A stretch of DNA of 64,000 bases from Candidatus Dojkabacteria bacterium (GCA_016931155.1 JAFGFJ010000006.1:385419-449418); one strand, 5' to 3'; positions 30,095-39,441 are shown, counted from the first letter of the stretch. The notes: a model not told the origin generated them from the letters alone. Program-made: numbers and translations.

Positions 30095-31009
30095 TTAATC
30101 AAAATTTAAGTTGTATTCTATAAGTTTACTGACGGCTGTCGCTCTAAATTTTTCGATCTCCCTCTTTGTGGGAATTGCTTCATAATTACCTAGTTTTGTA
30201 CACTGTAATGCTGAGACCAAATTTGCATATTCAACGCTTTCCTGTATGCTCCACTTTTGCAATACTCCGTAGCCAAAAGCACCTCTGAAGATGTCTCCTG
30301 CTCCGAGTGTATCAATAGCAGGTACTTGTAGTGCAGGTACGTGAGTAGTTTTCTTTCCATCAAAAATGAGGCTACCTTTCTCTCCAAGAGTAATGACCAC
30401 TGTTTTTTTTGTAATTCTATAGACATCATTGAGGTTTGCGTCAAAGCCTTCGTGGATCCGAAATTTAGACAGGCTCTCATAAGGTATTATTGGAAAATCA
30501 GTTTTAGCCAGCATCTTGAAAATTTTTGTAGATACTTCTGTTGATGGGTCGATTATTATTTTTGTATCTGATCGTTTTTTGTTTAATATTTCTTCAAAGG
30601 CTTTTGGTTCGTGTCTGTCGAAGAGGATAATGTCAGAGGATTTTATTATTCTCTCGGAGATGCCCGATATCGGTAAGTGTCTTACTCCATCTCTTATTAT
30701 GGTTCGTGACCCATTTTTGGAGTTAATTAGAACCGTGTTTACTTTTGTTGAGCGAGCCGTTCTTGGAATAAATTGAATGTTTTCTCTTTTCAGCTTTGAT
30801 TTAATTTTTTCATATGCATCATCCTCTCCCACGGTCGATATGAGCGTGCATTTAACTCCCAGTCGTGAGAGAAGTATAAGCGCAGATGGCACAGGCCCTC
30901 CAACGGAGTATTCTACCTTCTGCGGTTGAACTTTTTCCCCTTCTTCAGGAAAGCGATTTAGTAGATTGACCTTATCAAGTACTATCTCGCCAATTCCCAA
31001 TACGTGCAT
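30095..31009 (-). CDS. PfkB-family carbohydrate/nucleoside kinase (ribokinase-like)
   Basis: GGPVPSA N-terminal motif and DTLGAGDIFRGAF anion-hole motif. Confidence 0.75.
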   Translation of the reverse strand: MHVLGIGEIVLDKVNLLNRFPEEGEKVQPQKVEYSVGGPVPSALILLSRLGVKCTLISTVGEDDAYEKIKSKLKRENIQFIPRTARSTKVNTVLINSKNGSRTIIRDGVRHLPISGISERIIKSSDIILFDRHEPKAFEEILNKKRSDTKIIIDPSTEVSTKIFKMLAKTDFPIIPYESLSKFRIHEGFDANLNDVYRITKKTVVITLGEKGSLIFDGKKTTHVPALQVPAIDTLGAGDIFRGAFGYGVLQKWSIQESVEYANLVSALQCTKLGNYEAIPTKREIEKFRATAVSKLIEYNLNFD

Positions 31010-31017
31010 TTTATGGT

Positions 31018-31049
31018 CTAAAAAATAAAAAAACCGCTTTTATGCGGTT
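31018..31049 (-). terminator. rho-independent terminator (minus strand) immediately upstream of the PfkB start
   Basis: On the minus strand: aaccgc-ataaaa-gcggtt followed by tttttatttttt. Confidence 0.55.
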
Positions 31050-31400
31050 ATGTTTTGTATGTTAATTAAACGACCAACAACTAACCGCGTTTAGCGATTC
31101 CAAAAAAAGTAAAAGCTAAAGTATTTTCTGGTTAGTTGTTTTCTCATATCTCAAGGATTGTATGTGCCTGGAGAAAATATGTCAATAAAAATACTGAAAA
31201 AAATCCTTACATGAAAAATACCGATCCAGGCTAATTCTGGTAGTTTCTCATAAATTCTGATAAGTCCAAATAAATCCTGATAATATTGGTAATAATCTAA
31301 GCCGTTGGACTTCCACATCTGTATGGTCTCGAACTTCATTCGAAAACTTTACGAATTTGAAGGCAGTCCATGAATAATTCAGGAATTTACGAAAAACAGC

Positions 31401-31430
31401 TTGATACCCAGGTCTGTATTGTTATATAAT
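31401..31430 (+). promoter_or_regulatory. sigma70-like promoter (TTGATA, 18 bp spacer, TATAAT)
   Basis: Exact -10 consensus and 5/6 match to the -35 consensus with 18 bp spacing. It sits ~160 nt upstream of the ParB-like gene at 31591. Confidence 0.5.
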
Positions 31431-31544
31431 GGCACACTTATGGAATCAAGTAACTTTACACATATTATTGTCAGCCTTGTACTTCTCCTCACGAATGGGG
31501 GGTTTTCGCTGGCGTAAGGGTAAAAGTTACTAACATAAATATGA

Positions 31545-31573
31545 AGCCTGCGAAAGCAGGTTGTTTTTATTTA
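31545..31573 (+). terminator. intrinsic terminator/attenuator hairpin in the 5' leader
   Basis: agcctgc-gaaa-gcaggtt followed by gtttttattt; it ends ~18 nt before the GTG start at 31591. Confidence 0.5.
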
Positions 31574-31590
31574 TTAAGAAGAATTAAGTT

Positions 31591-32130
31591 GTGGGAACAG
31601 TTAACTTAGAAAGTCTTTTTAGAGAGGGAGATAATCAGGAGGGGGCGTTCCTTACAATTGAAAATTTCAAGGGCTTGGATTCTCATGATATGGCCTATAT
31701 AAAGGAGGCTCTTCTGGAGGGGAATGTGTTTTTGACTTATGTTGAAAGAAGCGACTACAACAACAAGCTACTGGGAACAACTCAAGATTTTATTAAAGAG
31801 CAGGGTATCAAGCGCATTACAAGTGGAACCGGTGATGATAAAGAACCCTTGCCTTTATGTTACCTTCAAGTAAGAGAAGATAAACATGGCAGGCAAAAAA
31901 ATGAACTTATATTCTGTGAGGGTAATAACAGAGTGGCACTAGCTATTATTCATGGTACCTCGATTGAGGTAGGGATTATTGGAGTTATTGACAGGAAAGA
32001 AAGCACATTTACCTATTGGAAAGGGAATGAAATATCTGTGCCGACACCTATTCTAGGATTCAATGCAGTTTTTAGTAAAGCTCGTTCTGCTGTGACCAGT
32101 TGCTCGAGTGCTGGACAGAGTTTGGTATAG
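31591..32130 (+). CDS. ParB/Srx-fold (ParB-like nuclease domain) protein
   Basis: Motif HGRQKNELIFCEGNNRVALAII resembles the ParB/sulfiredoxin GxxR/DGxHR core. It is paralogous to the convergent neighbour. Confidence 0.5.
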   Translation: MGTVNLESLFREGDNQEGAFLTIENFKGLDSHDMAYIKEALLEGNVFLTYVERSDYNNKLLGTTQDFIKEQGIKRITSGTGDDKEPLPLCYLQVREDKHGRQKNELIFCEGNNRVALAIIHGTSIEVGIIGVIDRKESTFTYWKGNEISVPTPILGFNAVFSKARSAVTSCSSAGQSLV

Positions 32131-32136
32131 TGTTTA

Positions 32137-32628
32137 TTACTCGAGCAGTTGAAGATTGCCGAGGTAAAGTGTAACCTCGTTTCGCATTTTTTGAAATCCG
32201 TGCATGTTTTGTATGTGTTCATCTATGCACTCTCCATATACCCGAGCCACTACTTCTTGTCTATTCAGACATGCTATGGCAATCCTGTGGTTACCACATT
32301 CAACGCATACTATTCTTTTCTGTCTACCTTTACTATTTGTCACGTCTCTCAGAGAAACTACTATTGGTTCACATTGCTTATCTCCATCTCCTTCTATTGC
32401 TGCTAAAAGCTTTTCGTCTTCTACATGGTTCTGTCGTGTTAGAAGGATACCTTTATTTAAAAGTTTTTGCGGATTAAAAAGAATATATTTGCCGGTCAAA
32501 TCTTTTATGGAGATTTGTTCATAATTTGTAATAAACCCACTATCCACATCGTGGGTTCCAATTAATCTGACTGTACCGTCTTGTCCTGAATAATTGTGTA
32601 AATCATTTCCCCGAGTGGTTTCCGTCAT
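32137..32628 (-). CDS. ParB/Srx-fold protein, paralog of 31591-32130
   Basis: Shares KGRQKRIVCVECGNHRIAIACL, plus PxxxLxVRD and DGDK motifs, with the neighbour. The two are arranged tail-to-tail with 6 nt between their stops. Confidence 0.5.
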   Translation of the reverse strand: MTETTRGNDLHNYSGQDGTVRLIGTHDVDSGFITNYEQISIKDLTGKYILFNPQKLLNKGILLTRQNHVEDEKLLAAIEGDGDKQCEPIVVSLRDVTNSKGRQKRIVCVECGNHRIAIACLNRQEVVARVYGECIDEHIQNMHGFQKMRNEVTLYLGNLQLLE

Positions 32629-32853
32629 GAATATATTATACTATCTTCTCACAAGCTTGTGTTTTTGAAAAATTATTAATTCCTTGTTTTCTGGCAATGT
32701 CTTTTCCAATTCTTAAGGTGATATTGAAACAGTCGAAAACTGTAATAAATTTTGGCACTTGACCACTATGACTGCCAATTTGTATAATCGTATGAAGATT
32801 AATTTCTTCATATTCAAATTAATCTTCAAAAAATACAAAAGGAGGTAATTGTT

Positions 32854-33267
32854 ATGGCAATCATAAAATGGGAACCCTTCAGAGAAATGGAGAGATTTTT
32901 TGATGATGATTTCGGAATGTTTAAAATGCCTGCCTTGGGCTGGGATATGGCGGTAGATGTTTTTGAAAAAGATGGAAAAGTTGTTGCTGAAATGAGTCTT
33001 CCCGGAGTTGATCCGGACAATGTAAATATCGAGGTGGAGGATGGACATCTAAGAATTAGTGGTTCCAGGGAAGAGGAGAAGGAAACGAAGGATAAGAATT
33101 ATTACAGCAAAGAAATTAAGAGGGGATCATTCGAAAGAATAGTAAGGCTTCCCTCAGCTGTTCAGGCAGATAAAGCGGAAGCGGAGTATGAGAAGGGAGT
33201 TTTGCGTGTTTCTCTTCCAAAGAAGGAGAAAGAGGAGACAGGGAAGATAAAAGTAAGGGTAAAATAA
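32854..33267 (+). CDS. Hsp20/alpha-crystallin small heat-shock protein
   Basis: MAIIKWEPFREM N-terminus and an alpha-crystallin domain (GVLRVSLPK). Confidence 0.85.
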   Translation: MAIIKWEPFREMERFFDDDFGMFKMPALGWDMAVDVFEKDGKVVAEMSLPGVDPDNVNIEVEDGHLRISGSREEEKETKDKNYYSKEIKRGSFERIVRLPSAVQADKAEAEYEKGVLRVSLPKKEKEETGKIKVRVK

Positions 33268-33294
33268 GATTTGGAACAGGAATTGTTCAACGAA

Positions 33295-33320
33295 GGAGCG
33301 CATTGGACGCTCCTTTTTTT
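33295..33320 (+). terminator. rho-independent terminator after the hsp20 gene
   Basis: ggagcg-cattgga-cgctcc followed by ttttttt. Confidence 0.6.
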
Positions 33321-33364
33321 AATGTGGATGGAAATTCCTATCCAATGACCATTTTTTTATTGTA

Positions 33365-33808
33365 ATGTTTTGTGGGTTCGATGCAAATTGTTTATTATTG
33401 AGGATGGAATTAAAGGTATTAAAACAAAAAATTATATTTAGATTATCTCCTCAAGAAATTTACGAGTCTATTATGGATTCTGAGAGCCACTCAGTAATTA
33501 CAGGTTCCTGGGCTGATATTACCGAAAAAACAGGGGAGCCATTCAGTATCTGGAGTGGAGACATAGATGGAGAAAATCTGGAATTGATACCTGGTAAAAA
33601 AATCGTCCAATCGTGGAGATACAAAAGTGAAGGCTGGCCGGAAGAACATTTTTCAATAGTAACCTTTGAATTTGAGGAGGATGAGCGTGGAGGGACGATA
33701 TTAAATTTTACTCACGAGGGAATTCCGGAAAAAGAGTTTGACGGTGTGAAAGATGGATGGAGAGATTTCTATTGGGACAACATGGGTGGTGTGGTTAAAA
33801 AACTTTAA
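33365..33808 (+). CDS. SRPBCC/AHSA1-family protein
   Basis: Beta-strand-rich ~140 aa domain with W-rich motifs typical of Aha1-like/START-fold proteins. The start may instead be the internal Met at 33404. Confidence 0.5.
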   Translation: MFCGFDANCLLLRMELKVLKQKIIFRLSPQEIYESIMDSESHSVITGSWADITEKTGEPFSIWSGDIDGENLELIPGKKIVQSWRYKSEGWPEEHFSIVTFEFEEDERGGTILNFTHEGIPEKEFDGVKDGWRDFYWDNMGGVVKKL

Positions 33809-33964
33809 CAAGGTAGCTGAACCTCAGGTTAGTCTTCTTGTGCTTTCAAATCACCCAAGGAGATCGAGAAATGCAGTCCGTTCAGTTGTAGTTAAAAAAT
33901 AATACCAAGCTGTCATCGAAAAACAAATTTCATATTATTTTATTGAGAAGATACACAATACACG

Positions 33965-35287
33965 TTAGTTTTTCTCAACTTTGTGAGCTTGTGTTTCGTG
34001 TGCATTGAAAAACTCTATTGCCCTGGCAAGCTCGGGGTAATTTTTGGAGTATTCTTCAATTGAAATATCTTGCTTCCATGCAGTACATGCCTGAACAACG
34101 GCTGCTGCTCCTGCTTTTGTTCCATCCGGGTGGCTATGCACTCCTGCTCCCATTGTGATAATGAAATCAGTATGGCCTATAGCCTCAATAAACGGACGGA
34201 GTAGAACGGGATTCATACCCCCTGAAATAATCGGATTTGTTTTTTTTAGATCTCCCCAATCCTGTTCAAAAAAGTGCCCCTTTGTGATTTTTCCAAGAGC
34301 CGAATTGGCTGAGGTCACATCTTCACCTTGTGAACCGGACATTTTTCCGATCCCCGAGGTGCCTGTGTGAATACCTGATGCGCCAGCAAGGCGGGCTAAT
34401 TTTGTAAGCACCAGAACTGAAAAGCCAATGGGGTTTTCTTCACGAGTGAATGCTCCATGTCCTGCTCTATGGAAGTGAAGATAGACATCCGGATAACGTC
34501 TTCTGATTGTTTGAACGGCTGTCCAGCCTGCAGTAATACCGTCTACGAGAAAAGCGTAACTATCCGGTTTCATAATCTTTTGTACATAGTCCGCCCGTTC
34601 AATCATTGTGTCAAAATCTGCGGCAGAAACATTGAAGGAATGAACCTTTGTTTGTCCGGTTTCAGTTTCTGCCTTATCCATGGCTTCCTTTACAAGGTCA
34701 ACTGTTTCAGTGAATGGTGCAAAATCCTGATCTGCCTGAGGTTCATCGTTTTTGACAAAGTCTCCACCGCCAGCCCAGAAGTTGTAGCAGACGTCTGCAT
34801 ATTCGGCGGATTTAAGGCCGATTTTGGGCTTGACGATAGTGCCCAAAATCGGCCTATCATAAGCGTTCAAATACTTCCTCATCTCATCGATCGTATAACT
34901 CGATCCGTCATAGTTTTCTAACATGTCAGGCGGGAACGAAATATCAAGAAGTTTTAGTCCTGCAAGTGAGCTCATTCCAAAGACGTTCCCGGCCAGGAAT
35001 GTAACAATATTTTGGACATTACCTGCGCGATCAAACATCCTCCATGGATATGCTATATATACAAGCCCTTTATCTTCTTCCACTTTATAGACAACTCCTC
35101 CCATTGAATCAGAAAATTCTGTCGCAGTATTTACCTCAATATTTGAGCCGTTTGAAGATTCTGCTGCAATTTCTGAGGCCGCATCAAGAAGGTCTGTTTT
35201 TCCATAGGGTATTACTTTGAAAACTGCAAGCAGGTGGGTTCCTTTTAGTACTTCTTCATTCCCGAGTTGTATGTATTTTTTCTGCAT
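33965..35287 (-). CDS. rbcL: ribulose-1,5-bisphosphate carboxylase large subunit, form III-like
   Basis: GGDFVKNDEPQ active-site motif, KPKIGLK (with the lysine that is carbamylated) and the GGMNP C-terminal loop. At 440 aa with no small-subunit gene nearby it is archaeal/CPR form III-like. Confidence 0.85.
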   Translation of the reverse strand: MQKKYIQLGNEEVLKGTHLLAVFKVIPYGKTDLLDAASEIAAESSNGSNIEVNTATEFSDSMGGVVYKVEEDKGLVYIAYPWRMFDRAGNVQNIVTFLAGNVFGMSSLAGLKLLDISFPPDMLENYDGSSYTIDEMRKYLNAYDRPILGTIVKPKIGLKSAEYADVCYNFWAGGGDFVKNDEPQADQDFAPFTETVDLVKEAMDKAETETGQTKVHSFNVSAADFDTMIERADYVQKIMKPDSYAFLVDGITAGWTAVQTIRRRYPDVYLHFHRAGHGAFTREENPIGFSVLVLTKLARLAGASGIHTGTSGIGKMSGSQGEDVTSANSALGKITKGHFFEQDWGDLKKTNPIISGGMNPVLLRPFIEAIGHTDFIITMGAGVHSHPDGTKAGAAAVVQACTAWKQDISIEEYSKNYPELARAIEFFNAHETQAHKVEKN

Positions 35288-35413
35288 GACGATGAATGTG
35301 ATATTGTTGTTGGCTAAAAAATAGTTAAATTATTTGCAAAGAAGAAAGAATCAATTATTTCTGTCCTTTCTTTTCTGTAAAATTTGGTTTAATTACATAA
35401 TTCTAGTTAAAAA

Positions 35414-36286
35414 TTATTCCCTTTGATTAACCGGTTGAATATAACTGAATTCCGGTTCATCCTCCTCTGGTGGAGTCTTACTGTCAAATTTTCTTGCGAG
35501 TTTTTCAAGTTGTCCTTTTAGAAGACCAGGCAAGTACCTGGAAAGAAAGGCATAGTTCTTGGCTAACTGTGGTATTATCACTTTTTCTTTGTCGGTAAAT
35601 ATTGCATTATAAGTTGCTTCCGCCACTTCTTCGGCTGTAATTGCATCTTTTTCCAACCCCAAATCCTTCAAGTCGATGTTTGCATTTTCTTTAGAGAAGA
35701 ATTCAGTATGAACTGCACCAGGATGGATTGTTGTTACTTTGACATTATGTTGTTTTAACTCCAGTCTGATGGTATCAGCAAAAGCGGTAATACCCCATTT
35801 TGTTGCCGAGTATACTGACCATTGAGGTAATACGATAAGACCGGCAAGAGAAGAGGTAAGAATCAGATGACCGAATTTCTGTCGAATCATTATCTCGGAT
35901 GCAAGTTTTATCGTCGTTATGGAACCAATTAAATTGACTCCGACAATGGCTTTTATTTCATCAATAGTAAGTTCATGTATGTTCCTAACAAAACCTATAC
36001 CTGCGTTTGCCACTACAACGTCCAATACTCTGCCGTTCTCTGTTGCTTTCAGAAATAAGTTTCTTAAATCATTTGCGTTAGTTACATCTGTTACAACTAT
36101 GATTGGTTTGCCTCCTAGTTTTGTAACGTTTTCTGCTACCTCAGCAAGCTCATCTGACCTTCTTGCGGCAAGAACTATTGTTGCACCATCTTTGGCACAT
36201 TTTAAAGCAATAGCCTTACCTATTCCACTTGAAGCTCCTGTGATTAAAATTGTTTTGCCTTTTAGTTTCATTTTGTGTAATAACAA
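35414..36286 (-). CDS. short-chain dehydrogenase/reductase (SDR)
   Basis: ITGASSGIGKAIA, NAG and YSATK motifs. Confidence 0.75.
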   Translation of the reverse strand: MLLHKMKLKGKTILITGASSGIGKAIALKCAKDGATIVLAARRSDELAEVAENVTKLGGKPIIVVTDVTNANDLRNLFLKATENGRVLDVVVANAGIGFVRNIHELTIDEIKAIVGVNLIGSITTIKLASEIMIRQKFGHLILTSSLAGLIVLPQWSVYSATKWGITAFADTIRLELKQHNVKVTTIHPGAVHTEFFSKENANIDLKDLGLEKDAITAEEVAEATYNAIFTDKEKVIIPQLAKNYAFLSRYLPGLLKGQLEKLARKFDSKTPPEEDEPEFSYIQPVNQRE

Positions 36287-36545
36287 CTTAAATTTGAGTA
36301 CAGTATAGGGAATTTTAATAGAAAGGTAAAAGGTACGATATCTATCAGATCAAATACGACAAACTGCTGTCTCATTTGGAATCTTCATATTAATCCCTAA
36401 ATGAGACCTTTCATTATTGTAAAAGTTCACATGGAAATGATGCGTAAAATTCAATTGCGGTTCTCGTCTGTTTCGGTATCATCTTAGAATTGGAAAAGAC
36501 TACAAACGGTGGTGTGTCCGTCAGTGCGAGGAAGTCAATACGGTG

Positions 36546-36911
36546 TTAGGCGAAGAAGCTCATCGACAAGATTATTGTTCCAATGCCAGAAATAATATTT
36601 AGGTAGATCAGTATGTTTGAACATATGGAACTAAAATGTTCTTTTCGTCTTACAATTACTTTATGAACAATAAATGGAATTATTCCTCCAATTCCCATTA
36701 TTATCCCGATAATCGCTCCAATCAATGTAGTTTTTTCAATTTCCAGTAATCCAATTAGGATTACAAGAATTATCGGAATATGAATCAACAAAAAACCAGT
36801 AATCTTTCCGGGAAGTTTTAGTAATTCCCATTCTCTTTCATAAGCTGATTCAATTTCATGTAAGAGTAGTAATGTTGCATTTATTATATAGAAGATAGTA
36901 ATTAATTTCAT
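36546..36911 (-). CDS. small integral membrane protein (121 aa)
   Basis: Four hydrophobic helices. Confidence 0.45.
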   Translation of the reverse strand: MKLITIFYIINATLLLLHEIESAYEREWELLKLPGKITGFLLIHIPIILVILIGLLEIEKTTLIGAIIGIIMGIGGIIPFIVHKVIVRRKEHFSSICSNILIYLNIISGIGTIILSMSFFA

Positions 36912-37065
36912 ATTTCAATCAACTCCAAATTGAACCGTCCGCTTTTTCGCCTACCGTTTCTTAATAGCTGAAGTTCTGACGGCGGAATTGGCTCGTTCTT
37001 TTTATTAAATCACAAACACTTTTTAAAATACAAGATATCGATTATCACCGTTCGAGTCGGGATTT

Positions 37066-37105
37066 GGACGGAAGAATTTCACATTCCTTTAAAAAATATT
37101 TGAGT
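37066..37105. repeat. intergenic repeat family copy A (…GGACGGAAG…ACATTCCTTTAAAAAATATTTGAGT)
   Basis: The 25-mer ACATTCCTTTAAAAAATATTTGAGT is identical at 37081-37105 and 39568-39592, and degenerate at 40524-40568. Each copy lies ~165-175 bp upstream of a minus-strand start codon. Confidence 0.7.
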
Positions 37106-37153
37106 GAAATTCTGGAGTCGGCTATTAAGTGTTAGACGATGTAAAAAGAAAAT

Positions 37154-37609
37154 TTACCTCTGAAGCTCGTTATAAAAGTTCTCTAATTCTTCAACCCTTT
37201 TGTTAGTAATCCTTTCGATACAACTCCACTCTATAAGTGGTTGCATACTACCTTCTTCGTATTGTTTGCTTTCAAGTTTACATGTTTGATCGCGATATTG
37301 CTTCCAAGAATCTTGGGATGAGATAATCAGATTGTCATTATTAACTTTCTTTAGGTCTGTTAAGATTTTTTCTAATCTTGTAATTTCTTCTTCTGCTTTG
37401 TTTTTAGCACAAATATTCATTTCAGATTGGGACTTTTGTTCTTTGCAATCGATTGCATTATTATCAGTGTCTACTTTATTGAGTAAGTGTATAGGTCGTT
37501 GTTGTGTATCTTTAGCTTTGTTTTCACTATCGTTTTTATTTTTATCTTTAGTGCACCCAAACAATAAAACAGATGCCAACAGAAGAATGATTAGAAAAAA
37601 TCTTTTCAT
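37154..37609 (-). CDS. DUF1311/LprI-like lipoprotein
   Basis: Lipoprotein signal ending ...LLFGC, and a C-terminal W-x-x-Y-R-D-x-x-C motif typical of DUF1311. Confidence 0.5.
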   Translation of the reverse strand: MKRFFLIILLLASVLLFGCTKDKNKNDSENKAKDTQQRPIHLLNKVDTDNNAIDCKEQKSQSEMNICAKNKAEEEITRLEKILTDLKKVNNDNLIISSQDSWKQYRDQTCKLESKQYEEGSMQPLIEWSCIERITNKRVEELENFYNELQR

Positions 37610-37777
37610 GGTATTTCGTATTAATGTTTTCTTTTTATTTCGCCTATGTTCAAGAGTATGCGAAGTTATTTCTGTAGCGATAGCGGAACAAAAAACTTGG
37701 GTGAAGGAATTTTTTACTCCTTATTAATATTACAAACGAAAAATTACTGAACTGCATACTCTTTGTTATGTGATGTG

Positions 37778-38359
37778 CTAATTTTGCGACCTGTAATACT
37801 CCTTCGCTTTTTTAGTAACAGACAAAATGAAGCCGCTTTTTTCTTCCGTATATTTGACTCTATCATTTGCATGTTTATCTGAAAGTTTTCTCTTCAGATT
37901 ATCATACTGTTTAGCGACGTCAGGAAATTGCCGAAGATATTCTCTAAAATAGAGCCTGTCCCATAATTCAGAATCTGCCTCAACCATATGAATATGATGT
38001 GTACGTTTACCTTCTGAATTGCGCTTGATAAACCAGGCGTAGTAGGGCGGATCATCGTCACCAAATACAGGACGCCAAAAGTACTCATATCCTTCGGCTT
38101 CTAAAATAGGCACAATTTGCTTTTTAGTTTCTTCAAGACTTGAAACTTCCACTAAAATATCAATGATAGGTTTAGCAGAAAGTCCTGGAACCGCCGTACT
38201 ACCAAAATGCTCAATTCTTTTAACGATATTCTGAGGCAATTTCTTGAGTAAAAAAGCGGCTTCATCTTCAAACATTTTAGGCCACACTAAATCATAAGGA
38301 ATGATTGATATTTCCTCTTTCACTAACTCTTGTATTCGTTTTTTCATTTTATCTTCCAT
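37778..38359 (-). CDS. GrpB/UPF0157-family protein
   Basis: HIGSTAVPGL-AKPIIDI motif. Confidence 0.6.
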   Translation of the reverse strand: MEDKMKKRIQELVKEEISIIPYDLVWPKMFEDEAAFLLKKLPQNIVKRIEHFGSTAVPGLSAKPIIDILVEVSSLEETKKQIVPILEAEGYEYFWRPVFGDDDPPYYAWFIKRNSEGKRTHHIHMVEADSELWDRLYFREYLRQFPDVAKQYDNLKRKLSDKHANDRVKYTEEKSGFILSVTKKAKEYYRSQN

Positions 38360-38369
38360 AAAAGTAAAA

Positions 38370-38798
38370 TTATTCCTTGATTTTATTAATTATTGATAAA
38401 AAAAATTCTTTATCTTTATGGTGTGTGAGCAACTCAGCTACTTCGTTTTTACTAACCCATCTGGCTTCGGGATTTTCCGGGTCTATCGGACTAAGTAAGG
38501 ATTGGTTCGTCTTGAATAGAAACATAAAGATTGTTTTTTGCTCAGAAGTGTCATCGCCGCCATCAAGGGCAATCTTGGGCCTCTGATAATTGCCCAAATC
38601 TGCCAATAGTTCGAGCTGATTAATACCGGATTCTTCGTATATTTCTCTTTTTGCGGCATCAAGTGTGCTCTCTCCTTCATCAATATGACCTTTGGGCAAC
38701 GACCAAGATTGCCCTTTTTGATTTACCACAAGAACCAATTCGGCTTTATTGATCACCACACCACCTGCTGATTTAGTTTGTTTAATGTTGTTTTCCAT
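38370..38798 (-). CDS. NUDIX hydrolase
   Basis: Nudix box GHIDEGESTLDAAKREIYEESGI. Confidence 0.8.
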   Translation of the reverse strand: MENNIKQTKSAGGVVINKAELVLVVNQKGQSWSLPKGHIDEGESTLDAAKREIYEESGINQLELLADLGNYQRPKIALDGGDDTSEQKTIFMFLFKTNQSLLSPIDPENPEARWVSKNEVAELLTHHKDKEFFLSIINKIKE

Positions 38799-39004
38799 AT
38801 TGCAGAGTAAAGATAAAGAGTTTTTTATAATTTTGCCTGAATTTCATATAACGTCTTGCGAGTTCAAGAAGTTGACCGCAAGTTTTATCAACAAGTAACT
38901 ATTCTCAAAAATATATTTCAAGTCCTAAAATAAATCAAACATGATTATAAATATCGCGGTCAATTTGGGTGAAGCGAGTACTCGAGCGAAACCTTGAACT
39001 CGCT

Positions 39005-39029
39005 GTTGTGCGATGTAATCCAAAATCCA
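39005..39029. repeat. second repeat family, inverted copy (GTTGTGCGATGTAATCCAAAATCCA)
   Basis: This is the reverse complement, with 3 mismatches, of TGGATTTTGGATTATGTCGTACAAC at 39415-39439. The 14 bp core TAATCCAAAATCCA is exact. Confidence 0.65.
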
Positions 39030-39034
39030 TATAT

Positions 39035-39397
39035 TCAATTTTCAATTCTTTTTTTAGTAAATCCTATAAATATATAGAGAACACCTATTAAAAATGGAAT
39101 AACCATATGCAATGTTAAATCTCTCTCAACTATAAAACCTATAATGAATCCAATTAAAATAGGTATTGATGTTAAAAAACCACCAATCTTTTCGAATTTC
39201 CAACCTAACCCCAAACCAATAAACATCAGTAGAAAAACCGTTAACCAAACATTATCCCAAATAGAATATTCTGATTTAATGAACGGTAATGGATTTCCAT
39301 ATCCAAAATAAAAGGGAAGTCCAAAGATAATTACTGCAGTTGCTAAAATCCTTGTTACCCATTTTATTATTTTGTAGTCTCTTTTTTTTAATTTCAT
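39035..39397 (-). CDS. small integral membrane protein (120 aa)
   Basis: Three to four TM helices. The gene is flanked by a 14 bp perfect (about 26 bp imperfect) inverted repeat. Confidence 0.45.
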   Translation of the reverse strand: MKLKKRDYKIIKWVTRILATAVIIFGLPFYFGYGNPLPFIKSEYSIWDNVWLTVFLLMFIGLGLGWKFEKIGGFLTSIPILIGFIIGFIVERDLTLHMVIPFLIGVLYIFIGFTKKRIEN

Positions 39398-39414
39398 TAG
39401 GTATCCTCTATGCT

Positions 39415-39441
39415 GGATTTTGGATTATGTCGTACAACGTT
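39415..39441. repeat. second repeat family, direct copy (TGGATTTTGGATTATGTCGTACAACGTT)
   Basis: It shares an exact 16-mer TATGTCGTACAACGTT with 40388-40403 and forms an inverted repeat with 39005-39029. Confidence 0.65.

Noticed and set aside
31151-31339. 62 aa minus-strand ORF between the PfkB terminator and the ParB-like leader.
   Set aside because: It has no RBS and a low-complexity aromatic-rich translation. The region more likely holds promoter and leader elements.
38858-39004. 11 bp perfect inverted repeat GCGAGTTCAAG ... CTTGAACTCGC separated by 125 bp in the NUDIX-upstream spacer.
   Set aside because: At this arm length and spacing about two such inverted repeats are expected by chance in 64 kb. 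There is no flanking direct repeat or second copy to support a MITE.
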